Assembly (NCBI RefSeq): GCF_900232105.1
Contig: NZ_LT934425.1
Coordinates: 180,001-212,000, forward strand
Origin: Candidatus Kuenenia stuttgartensis
GTDB lineage: Bacteria > Planctomycetota > Brocadiia > Brocadiales > Brocadiaceae
DNA: 32,000 bases
Direction: 5' to 3'
Position 1 is the stretch's first letter; each line of letters opens with the position of its first letter. Of this stretch, positions 9,679-17,841 are shown piece after piece. Made by a program: the position numbers and the translations under genes. Below the pieces are notes generated by a model. That model had not been told where the DNA came from, made no database searches, and saw nothing but the letters and a program-made list of their open reading frames with translations.

Positions 9679-10324
9679 GTTCAGTCGTGATATAGATTTT
9701 TCTATCGGGATTGATACAAAGAACATTTCAGCTATAAAAAAGGCACTGAAATGTTTGAAAGCTGAAACCATATTTGTACCGCCACTGGGCAAACAAGTAC
9801 TCAGACGAGGTCATGCATGCCATTTCCGTTGCAATGCAGAAGGGGTAGAAGGCTTGCGCATTGATATGATGGCTAAAATGCGAGGCTGTTCCGATTTTGA
9901 GCAATTATGGGAGAGAAGGTCCATTGTGAAGTTGCCGGAGATTGGTGAGATGGGTATTCTTTCACTACCGGATTTAATTCAGGCTAAAAAGACGCAGCGC
10001 GAAAAGGACTGGCCCATGATTCGCCGTCTCATTGAAACCGACGTCACGCAGGGTTATAGAAAAGCCGGGAAAGAAAAGATTATTTTCTGGCTCATGGAAT
10101 GCAGGACTCCTGTTTTACTCATGGAAATAGCAAGGAAAAATGCTGCATTATGTAAAAATCTTATACCTACCCGGTCACTGCTTAAAGCAGTATTAAACCA
10201 AAACGTGGAAGAAATTGAATCTCTCCTCATACAAGAAGAAAGTGCCGAAAGGAAAAAAGATCGGGAATATTGGCTGCCATTAAAAAAGGAATTGGAGCAA
10301 TGGCGCCTTGGCCGTAAATCATAA
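9563..10324 (+). CDS. Nucleotidyltransferase-like protein (AbiEii/MNT-like fold)
   Basis: RYLLMGGQACILYGGSEFSRDIDFSIG has the GGxA...S...D.D pattern of nucleotidyltransferases; LPDLIQAKKTQREKD resembles the C-terminal motif of such proteins. True start may be downstream of 9563. Confidence 0.6.
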   Translation: MEGVLIQNPIHKALLTFQNCSVRYLLMGGQACILYGGSEFSRDIDFSIGIDTKNISAIKKALKCLKAETIFVPPLGKQVLRRGHACHFRCNAEGVEGLRIDMMAKMRGCSDFEQLWERRSIVKLPEIGEMGILSLPDLIQAKKTQREKDWPMIRRLIETDVTQGYRKAGKEKIIFWLMECRTPVLLMEIARKNAALCKNLIPTRSLLKAVLNQNVEEIESLLIQEESAERKKDREYWLPLKKELEQWRLGRKS

Positions 10325-10337
10325 CTTTAATTCTGTG

Positions 10338-11140
10338 TTAAAACAATACAGATGATGCCTGTCTCACCCCGGAATCATATTTGTAAAGTTGCAGGACATT
10401 TATGATGCCTTCAACATATTTTGAAAAACCCTGCCGCTGGAGATTGAAATGCCGGATAAGATCGATCATCCATAAGGGTACCTGCATGGTGTAGCACTTG
10501 AGTTCCAGTATGACGTTGCATTCTGGGCAAAAAGCGTTTCGTCATCCAGCGAAACCACTTTATTCTCATCCTGAATAATACAATATCCCCCTGCCGGCTG
10601 ATATCTCAGGTCGGTGTCGAACGTTACCCTCGCATATTCATTCACATTGGATACATATGCCTTCCTCCAATATTGAGACAACATTTTAGGCGTTGCATTA
10701 TAGAAATATGCCGTCTTCAGGAAATGCGTTTTGGACGAATTCGGGTCAAAGTCTTTTTCTTCACACGATGAATAATCCAGGTCTTCAAACATCCTGCGCC
10801 AGTTTTCATCATAAAGAGGCGCCCTGTATTTGTTGACAATATCCCCGGTCTTCTCTTTCACTTCAAGAAAACAGCGATACTTTTTGGAATTGGGGTACGA
10901 ACGAATCCTCAGATGAAGTCTTCTGTTACATTTGTCCAGCCTTTGCATAAGAAATAAATAATCTGGAGTATCAAAATGCAGATTGTTTATGCAATAAAAA
11001 CCATTATCAGCATTTGAAGAATATTTGTCGGGAGAACAATAAATAGAAGCAAAACGCGAAATGGGTTCTATCATTTCTTTTGGAATGACAAATTCCAACT
11101 CGTATCGCCTCCGGATGGTCAGCGCTGTCTCTTCAATCAT
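10338..11140 (-). pseudogene. VTC-domain (polyphosphate-polymerase-like) protein, 1-nt frameshift
   Basis: RRRYELEFVIP...HLRIRSYPNSKKYRCFLEVKEKTGDIVNKYR...RVTFDTDLRYQP. The 225-aa ORF diverges after DDETLF; the other frame continues CPECNVILELKCYTMQVPLWMIDLIRHFNLQRQGFSKYVEGIINVLQLYKYDSG to a stop at 10338. Shift lies at an A5 run (10529-10533). Confidence 0.8.
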
Positions 11141-11144
11141 ATAT

Positions 11145-11612
11145 TTAGAACTCTATTTGCCCTAAGTCCGGGGAAAGATAATTTCGAATAGGGAGTCTGG
11201 TTAATTGCCCTGAGATATCCAGGTATTCAAGGTACTTTGTGTAAATTTCATATTGCCATTGCTTAATGAGGATGTCCGTTTTAACAATGCTTTCCTGCAT
11301 ATCGAGCAGCATTAGCGGATCGATGCCTTCTGTTTCCATATATTTTTTTAGTGCTGATTCCGTGCCGCCCGTTGTTTTTTCTTCCATGAGCACATCATAC
11401 TGCCGAAATATGTTGTTCATTTCCCCGGAAAGTAATCGCACATTTTCTCCCAAAGACCTTTTTAGTTCTTCGTGCTCGCCCTTTGCAGATAAAAATTGAA
11501 GTTTTCTGCGATTGACATCCATGCGGTTGGAATGAATGAAGGGGAGGTTTATGCCTACCCCAAAAGAAATTGAACACCGATTTTCACACACACGTAAACC
11601 ATCATAATACAC
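11145..11612 (-). pseudogene. C-terminal fragment of a TolC-like outer-membrane efflux protein
   Basis: 155 aa, SISFGVGINLPFIHSNRMDVNRRKLQFLSAKGEHEELKRSL...; resembles only the C-terminal repeat of TolC-like proteins, with no signal peptide or N-terminal half. Confidence 0.5.
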
Positions 11613-11876
11613 CCCTTAAAGTCGTCTGTATTTGAAGGCTGCAGAGCGGAGAAATTATCTTGCCCTTACCTTGTAAACTCATATTACAAAATAGTCTATG
11701 CCTTGTATTTCCTTTTCCCCCTTTTCAGTTTTATATGATAGGCGTAATCAAGGCGATTGCCCTGCACCATATCACGGAGTGTAATGAGCGCAAAGATTTT
11801 ACAATAGTCATGAAGAACCTTTTCAAGCATATTTTTTGAAGAGGGAAGATTTTAAAGATTAAACCACAACATGCCG

Positions 11877-12307
11877 TCAAAATAACTGGTTTGTCCGAAT
11901 GGGGAAAAATACAGGATAACTGCAATAACACAAAAAACCAATAACGCCGCCTGTCGCAATAGTATACCCTTTGACTCCTACAGAAATACCTGCCGCGAGG
12001 CTTGCAAACATGAAGATAATATCTCTTGGGTCTCTGAAATTGGTTCTGAACCGAACAATTGCCAATGCGCCAAGCATACCGGGCCCCTTGCAAGGCTGTC
12101 CCCTATCGCCTGCATAACAGTTGCCGCCACTACGGAACTGAGTATGAGCACCTGAACAAAATTTCTTGAGTAGGAAAGCCCCCGAAAGGTCTTCTCATAG
12201 GTAATTGCAATTAAGGTTGAAAGCACAAACTAAAGGAGTACGGCATAAATGACTGATGTTGGCGTGGTATTGCCTGAATTTAGTTGTAATTTTGAAATAT
12301 CTAACAT
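11877..12307 (-). pseudogene. DUF4956-family membrane protein, multiply disrupted
   Basis: From ATG at 12307: MLDISKLQLNSGNTTPTSVIYAVLL*FVLSTLIAITYEKTFRGLSYSRNFVQVLILSSVVAATVMQAIGDSLAR, frameshift, MLGALAIVRFRTNFRDPRDIIFMFASLAAGISVG. In-frame TAG at 12230-12232 and frameshift near 12070. Confidence 0.8.
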
Positions 12308-12430
12308 TTTTAATGGTTCTCATTATTTGCGGAAAATAGTTTATCCATTTGGTTTTTTGAAATATATACAGTTACCGTAGGGAGCATTCCCGTTTTTTTG
12401 TAACCGTTAATGATGGGGTCAGGACGAAAC

Positions 12431-12463
12431 AACCCTGACAGGGTTTCAAACCCTGTCAGGGTT
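12431..12463. repeat. 33-nt perfect inverted repeat, 16-bp arms, 1-nt centre
   Basis: AACCCTGACAGGGTTT-C-AAACCCTGTCAGGGTT; each arm is itself near-palindromic. Confidence 0.85.
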
Positions 12464-12723
12464 AACACTACTGCAACGTTTCATTAAAACATAGCGGAAG
12501 TTACAAAAAATCAGGAATGCACCCGTTACCGTATGCATATCAATAGAATATATGAGCAAATATAAGGGTTTTGCATGGTTACCATTAACGCTGCAATTGA
12601 TAAAATGCATGGTTTACAGTGAAGCGTTTTATTTTCCATTTGACAAATTTGACTTGCTCAAAGTAGAATCCCGAAAGTCTTTCGTGCATCAGACCGCTCT
12701 TTTATTTATTATTACTATGTTCG

Positions 12724-12917
12724 ATTACAGGTGATTTCTCATTATTGCAGAAATAAAAAGGGAATCCATGCCGCAAAACAGAATTTGCGGCGAGGAGCGG
12801 ACCCGCCGCTGTAACCGGGGACGAACGTCACAACGCCACTGGAAAAGTCGCTTAAACGGCTTTCCGGGAAGGAGTGACCAGTAGAACGATCCGGGAGCCA
12901 GAAGACCTGCCTGTAAT
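12724..12917 (+). promoter_or_regulatory. Cobalamin (B12) riboswitch
   Basis: Conserved blocks in order: ATTACAGGTG, GGGAATCCATGCCG, GAGCGGACCCGCCGCTGTAACCGGGGACG, TCACAACGCCACTG, GGGAAGG, GAGCCAGAAGACCTGCCTGTAAT. Confidence 0.95.
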
Positions 12918-13013
12918 TGCTTCACGAAATCTTCGATGGTAAAGAAGGTGAAGTTTTTGAGTGTAATTATTTTCATGAGAATAGGCGGCAAGCCTATTTT
13001 TTCGATAAAATAG

Positions 13014-13052
13014 AAAACCCATATCTTCAACATTGAAGGTATGGGTTTTTTT
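13014..13052 (+). terminator. Intrinsic terminator, likely riboswitch expression platform
   Basis: AAAACCCATATCTTCAA-CA-TTGAAGGTATGGGTTTTTTT between aptamer and cbiM start. Confidence 0.85.
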
Positions 13053-13070
13053 GTTTTACGGGAGAAAGTT

Positions 13071-13841
13071 TTGAAAAGTACAAAAATGTTTCTGTTAAAT
13101 ATAACGGTTTTTTTGCTCGTGTTCCTTGTTTCCGATAAGGCTGCATATGCAATGCACATTACAGAAGGAATTCTGCCCACAGAATGGGCAGTAACATTGT
13201 TTGCCGTCTCGATTCCTTTTTTAGGTATTGGGATTTACCAGGTGAAACGGAAGAAAAGAGAGATGCATAGTTACCTGCCGTTAGTTGGCATGCTGGGAGC
13301 GGCAGTATTCGTTTTTTCGTGCTTCCCCGTTCCCGTCGTAGCATTAAACGGAATGGCAACTTCCCATCCATGCGGCACAGGCATGAGTGCTATTTTGCTG
13401 GGACCTTTTGTCAGTGTACTGATAGCGGGCATTGCCTTGCTTATTCAAGCCTTGTTTTTGGCGCATGGCGGGTTAACAACGCTGGGCGGGAATATATTTT
13501 CCATGGGTATTTTAGGCTCTTTCTCCGGATTTTTTGCGTTCAAAATAACCCGGCGCTGCGGCATGCCATTATTTTGGTGCGGCTTCTTTGCAGGTGTAAT
13601 TTCTGATTTATTTACTTATTTGGGTACCTCTATTGAACTGGGATTGCTCGTAATAAATAATGGTGGGTCTTTCTTCAGGGCGACTGCAGAAATATTTGGC
13701 GTCTTTATGATGACCTCACAGGGGGTCTTATGTATTGTGGAAGGCGTGGTTGTTGGATTTATTCTGGTTTTTATAGAAAAAAGAAGGCCGGATATTTTGG
13801 TTCAACTTGGGATGATAAAGAAAAATGCAAAACCTGTTTAA
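13071..13841 (+). CDS. cbiM: Cobalt ECF transporter component CbiM
   Basis: MHITEGILPTEWAVT...NGMATSHPCGTGMSAILLGPF...HGGLTTLGGNIFSMG. The track ORF start (13041) lies in the terminator; TTG at 13071 has GGAG upstream, ATG at 13086 is an alternative. Confidence 0.9.
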   Translation: MKSTKMFLLNITVFLLVFLVSDKAAYAMHITEGILPTEWAVTLFAVSIPFLGIGIYQVKRKKREMHSYLPLVGMLGAAVFVFSCFPVPVVALNGMATSHPCGTGMSAILLGPFVSVLIAGIALLIQALFLAHGGLTTLGGNIFSMGILGSFSGFFAFKITRRCGMPLFWCGFFAGVISDLFTYLGTSIELGLLVINNGGSFFRATAEIFGVFMMTSQGVLCIVEGVVVGFILVFIEKRRPDILVQLGMIKKNAKPV

Positions 13842-14187
13842 ATTTACCGTGTATATCGTTTTTTTACTTTATTTGGCCGGTATGGTTTCATTTTTATCTG
13901 CGGCGCATGCAGATAATTTTGAGATGATTCGTGTAACCGAACATGAAAATCAGGCAAAAGCCACTGAAATAACAGGAACAATCCATTCAGTTGAAGGTGA
14001 AGGTGCGTGGACCGGAATTGATGTGAGCATAGTAGGAAAATATGCCAGCCAGTATGGACGTCCACCCCGTGATCCTTACATTAATACTGATCAGGGGGAT
14101 TTGCTCCTGTTTGTATTCACACTTGCCGGTGTAATAGGAGGCTTTGTTATAGGGTTTAACGCCAGAAAGATATTTTATGAGAAATAA
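13825..14187 (+). CDS. Small membrane protein at the cbiN position (CbiN-like)
   Basis: 120 aa, N-terminal TM/signal, periplasmic segment, C-terminal TM (LLLFVFTLAGVIGGFVIGFNARKIFYEK); overlaps cbiM end and precedes cbiQ. Confidence 0.65.
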   Translation: MQNLFKFTVYIVFLLYLAGMVSFLSAAHADNFEMIRVTEHENQAKATEITGTIHSVEGEGAWTGIDVSIVGKYASQYGRPPRDPYINTDQGDLLLFVFTLAGVIGGFVIGFNARKIFYEK

Positions 14188-14275
14188 TGTAGTATCTTAA
14201 GAGGTAATGCCTCAGACCGGCAAAAAGGATTTTAACCACAGAGCAGAGAAAGTTTTTTAGAGAAGGCGTCTCATT

Positions 14276-15064
14276 ATGGGATTTTTTCATCTCACATTTA
14301 CAGACAGGTATGCCCGGAGAGATAACTGGTTGACGAGGATCGATGTAAGGGTCAAGTTGATCTACATCTTATCAATGCTGGCAATAAATATATGGGCAAA
14401 AAATGTTTTTGTGTCTCTCTCTTTTCTTTTCATATCGTTCGTTTTTCTGCTTACACTGAAAATTTCTCCTCTGGCAATAATAAAAAAGATGGTATTGCCA
14501 TTATTATTTGCGGTTATGATGCTAGTGGTCAAGGGATTGCATGAAGGACAAGAGGAATGGGTTTCTTTTTCCATTGGGGGATATATCATGTCCTTAAAGA
14601 AAGAAGGTCTTCTTGGCGGACTGCAAACTGGAGGCAAAATACTCGGGGGGATTTCTCTGGTGATTTTATTTGCCTTCACTACAACAATGAGTCGGCTAAA
14701 TGCAGGACTTAAATGGTTTCGTATGCCGGATACCGTTCTGGAACTTATGTCTTTTATGTATCGGTACATTTTCCAATTATTGGATGAAGTGTCTGCAATC
14801 TGGTTTGCGCAAAAGGCGCGTTTAGGGCATGCCTCATGGTTAAAAGCAATAAAATCCCTCGGGATTTTGGGTGGAATGCTTATTATCCGTGCCGTTGAAA
14901 GGGCGGAGCGCACTTCTGAGGCGATGTATGCACGGGGCTATAAGGGAGGATGTATATTAACCTGCCATTTAAAGCCCTTGGGTAAAAATGAATATATTTA
15001 TTTCTCAGGGATGACCCTCTTTCTCCCCTTTCTTCTCTATGCGGGGAATATACGGATATGGTAA
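14276..15064 (+). CDS. cbiQ: Cobalt ECF transporter transmembrane component CbiQ
   Basis: 262 aa, DVRVKLIYILSMLAINIW...MSFMYRYIFQLLDE...RAVERAERTSEAMYARGYKG. Confidence 0.9.
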   Translation: MGFFHLTFTDRYARRDNWLTRIDVRVKLIYILSMLAINIWAKNVFVSLSFLFISFVFLLTLKISPLAIIKKMVLPLLFAVMMLVVKGLHEGQEEWVSFSIGGYIMSLKKEGLLGGLQTGGKILGGISLVILFAFTTTMSRLNAGLKWFRMPDTVLELMSFMYRYIFQLLDEVSAIWFAQKARLGHASWLKAIKSLGILGGMLIIRAVERAERTSEAMYARGYKGGCILTCHLKPLGKNEYIYFSGMTLFLPFLLYAGNIRIW

Positions 15065-15933
15065 TACTTCAGGCTAAAAATATCCGGTATAAATATTCGG
15101 ACGGGACACTTGCCCTTGGCGGGGTATGTTTGGATATTGAAAAAGGTGCATTTTGGGCAATTCTTGGGCCAAACGGGTCTGGGAAAACCACCTTATTAAA
15201 ACATTTCAACGGTTTATTGAAAATACAAGAGGGGGAGGTTCTTTTAGACGGAAGACCGTTACGGAAGTATCCTTCCCGTGAGATAGTTCAACGCGTAGGT
15301 ATTGTGTTTCAGGATCCGAATGATCAGTTGTTTGCTCAAACAGTACGGGAAGACGTGGCATTCGGGCCTATGAATTTAGGGCTTTCAAAAGAAGAAATTG
15401 AGCGGAGGGTGGAAGAGGCATTGATGTTAGTGAATATGCGACACTGTGCAGATAAGTTTGTTGGGTATTTAAGCTATGGACAGAAAAAAAGGATTTGCAT
15501 TGCCGGGGTGCTCGCAATGAGGCCGGAAATTCTTTTACTAGACGAACCCACGAGCGGTTTAGACCCAGCCGGAGTAACACAACTTATGAGGCTGCTTCAG
15601 AGACTTAACCATGAATGTGGGATTACCATTATTATGGCAACAAATGTGGTAGATGTTGTGCCTGTTTACATGAGCAGGATGGCCGTTATGTATGAGGGAA
15701 ATATTGTGTGTGAAGGCACGCCGGAAAACGTTTTCTCGAAAACAGAGAAATTGGAGAAGATGTATCTCGAATTGCCTCAAATAGCGCAACTTATGAGGCT
15801 GTTAAGGGATAAAGATTACATTTCAATGGCAAATTTACCCCTTACCATTGGTGAGGCAAGAAAATTTTTGGTACAAAAACTAAATGGGAGTCATACGGCA
15901 AAATCAGCCGCATTGAATATTTCAGAAGAGTAG
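15058..15933 (+). CDS. cbiO: Cobalt ECF transporter ATPase CbiO
   Basis: 291 aa, Walker A GPNGSGKTTLLKHF, Q-loop VFQDPNDQLF, signature LSYGQKKRICIAGVLAMRPEILLLDEPTSGLDP. Confidence 0.95.
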   Translation: MVILQAKNIRYKYSDGTLALGGVCLDIEKGAFWAILGPNGSGKTTLLKHFNGLLKIQEGEVLLDGRPLRKYPSREIVQRVGIVFQDPNDQLFAQTVREDVAFGPMNLGLSKEEIERRVEEALMLVNMRHCADKFVGYLSYGQKKRICIAGVLAMRPEILLLDEPTSGLDPAGVTQLMRLLQRLNHECGITIIMATNVVDVVPVYMSRMAVMYEGNIVCEGTPENVFSKTEKLEKMYLELPQIAQLMRLLRDKDYISMANLPLTIGEARKFLVQKLNGSHTAKSAALNISEE

Positions 15934-15985
15934 TTTAAATGGCAGACATTTTCAGGTGAAAATACTTTTTATCCGCAGATATGGT

Positions 15986-16141
15986 GAAATACGAAACAAA
16001 TTCTAATGACAAAATGATTCGAAATTCTAAACAAATGCCTCTTTCGTCTCTCGCATTTCGTGCTTCATATTTGTTGTGTGTTTTGAATTTTATGTCTTGT
16101 TATTCGGATTTGTTTCGTATTTCGTACTTCGAATTTCGTAT
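15986..16141 (-). repeat. Dispersed AT-rich intergenic repeat, copy 2
   Basis: Reverse complement reads TACGAAATTCGAAGTACGAAATACGAAACAAATCCGAATAACAAGACATAAAATTCAAAAC...TTTGTTTAGAATTTCGAATCATTTTGTCATTAGAATTTGTTTCGTATTTC. Confidence 0.85.
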
Positions 16142-16183
16142 TTTTTAAAAGCAGAGTTTCAGGCATAGAATCCGGAGTGTAAT

Positions 16184-17278
16184 ATGTTTAAGGGTCATGG
16201 CGGATATAGAGAGCATACAAATGTACATACCAAAAACGCTGTTCTTGATTTCAGCGCGAACATTAATCCACTCGGATATCCGGAAGGCGTGCACAAAACA
16301 GTTTTCGAAAATTTCGACGATATATTGCATTATCCCGATATTGATTGCTACAGTCTGAAAAAATATATAGCGCGGAAAATAGCGCATTCCGCCAACGAGA
16401 TTGTTGTAGGAAATGGCTCTACGGAATTATTTTATCTGGCGCCCCGCGCTTTAAAACCTGTAAAAGGAATTATCCTGCAACCGTCTTTCAGTGAATTTCC
16501 AGAGGCTTTAAAATGCAGCGGCACGGAAGTAGTCCCGTATGCCCTCAATGACGAAGACGATTTTTCTTTCCACTACAATAAAAATTATTTCCAGGATGAA
16601 AAGGCGGGCATGCTTTTCCTCTGTAATCCGAATAATCCCACCGGATTATTAATTGAGAAGCGTACGCTATTGGCAATGATACAACAACATTCAAATGTAA
16701 TGTTTGTAGTAGATGAGGCATTCATGGATTTTGTGGATGAGCCGGAGAGATACACGGTGATAAATGAAGCAGGTACACTTGAAAACCTCATTGTAGTACG
16801 GTCTCTTACAAAATTTTACGGATTTCCTGGTTTGAGAATAGGATATCTCGTCGCCCACGCAAACGTTGCGGAAAAGCTCCTGGAATATAAGGAACCATGG
16901 ACGGTCAATACCTTTGCCCAATATGCCGCAATGGTTTCAATGGAAGACGATGCGTTTATTGCCGCAAGTAAAGAATTCATAAGAAACGAACGGGTGTTTT
17001 TATACGAAGAGTTGTCAAATATTCGAGGATTGATTCCTTATAAACCTGCGGCGAATTTTGTATTTGTTAAAATCAACGCAGAAGGGATAAATTCTGTTTT
17101 TCTGAGTAAATGGATGCTGGAGCAGGGCATCGCTATTCGTGATTGTTCCAACTTTGCCGGACTCAATGATGAGTATTTTCGTATAGCGGTTAGGACTAGG
17201 GAAGAAAATACAAAGTTAATCAATGTATTTAAAAAAGTCCTATCCAGTCGGGTTTGCAACCCAATGTCATTAAGTTAA
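16184..17278 (+). CDS. cobD: Threonine-phosphate decarboxylase-like PLP enzyme
   Basis: HGGYREHTNVHTKNAVLDFSANINPLGYPEGV, NGSTELFYLAPRAL, VVRSLTKFYGFPGLRIGYLVA; within a cobalamin gene group. Confidence 0.85.
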   Translation: MFKGHGGYREHTNVHTKNAVLDFSANINPLGYPEGVHKTVFENFDDILHYPDIDCYSLKKYIARKIAHSANEIVVGNGSTELFYLAPRALKPVKGIILQPSFSEFPEALKCSGTEVVPYALNDEDDFSFHYNKNYFQDEKAGMLFLCNPNNPTGLLIEKRTLLAMIQQHSNVMFVVDEAFMDFVDEPERYTVINEAGTLENLIVVRSLTKFYGFPGLRIGYLVAHANVAEKLLEYKEPWTVNTFAQYAAMVSMEDDAFIAASKEFIRNERVFLYEELSNIRGLIPYKPAANFVFVKINAEGINSVFLSKWMLEQGIAIRDCSNFAGLNDEYFRIAVRTREENTKLINVFKKVLSSRVCNPMSLS

Positions 17279-17647
17279 GAATTATTGTAACACTTTGGTT
17301 TTAAAAAAAACGTATTACCGATAAGCTCCGCAGGAGCAACCTGTTTGTAGTAGATAGGATACCATAACAGATCGTAGAGACAGGTTTGAAACCTGTCTCT
17401 ATAATCAGGAGCGGCCTGTCTTCCTGTCAATCATATACAGGCCGCTCCTACGGAGCTATTTACCTGTTGAATTTTATTGCGCTACAAACAGACCGCCCCC
17501 AAAGGGGCTACATTATTTTTTATATCCCCTTGGATTTTTCAAATAACTAAGGTGTTAAGAATTATTTTATTAAAAACAACCCCCCTTTTTCCCCCTTTAT
17601 TAAGGGAGACTTTTCTGGCCGTTTGCTTAACTTAATGACATTGGGTT
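17258..17647. repeat. Possible miniature element bounded by 22-bp perfect inverted repeats
   Basis: AACCCAATGTCATTAAGTTAAG (17258-17279) and CTTAACTTAATGACATTGGGTT (17626-17647); interior contains two further perfect hairpins. Confidence 0.6.
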
Positions 17648-17841
17648 ACAAGCCTGAACCCGCAGTAGTTCCCTTAACAGTGATTTCTTTACACACTTTC
17701 ATTTGTCAGTGCGTGCTTTTTGGCAAAATATTTATTGGCCTTTTATGCAGTTTGGCAATCGATAAATTGCAGATTAAGGATTGAGGATTGTTTTCGTATT
17801 TGTTTGGTTCTAGCTATGCCAGTTTAGGGACGTGATTATTT

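Noticed and set aside
13935-13960. GAAAATCAGGCAAAA similarity to the 23-nt direct repeat
   Set aside because: Only ~12 nt match and lies inside the CbiN-like coding sequence; likely coincidence.
14362-14913. 183-aa minus-strand ORF opposite cbiQ
   Set aside because: Shadow ORF of a clearly recognised gene.
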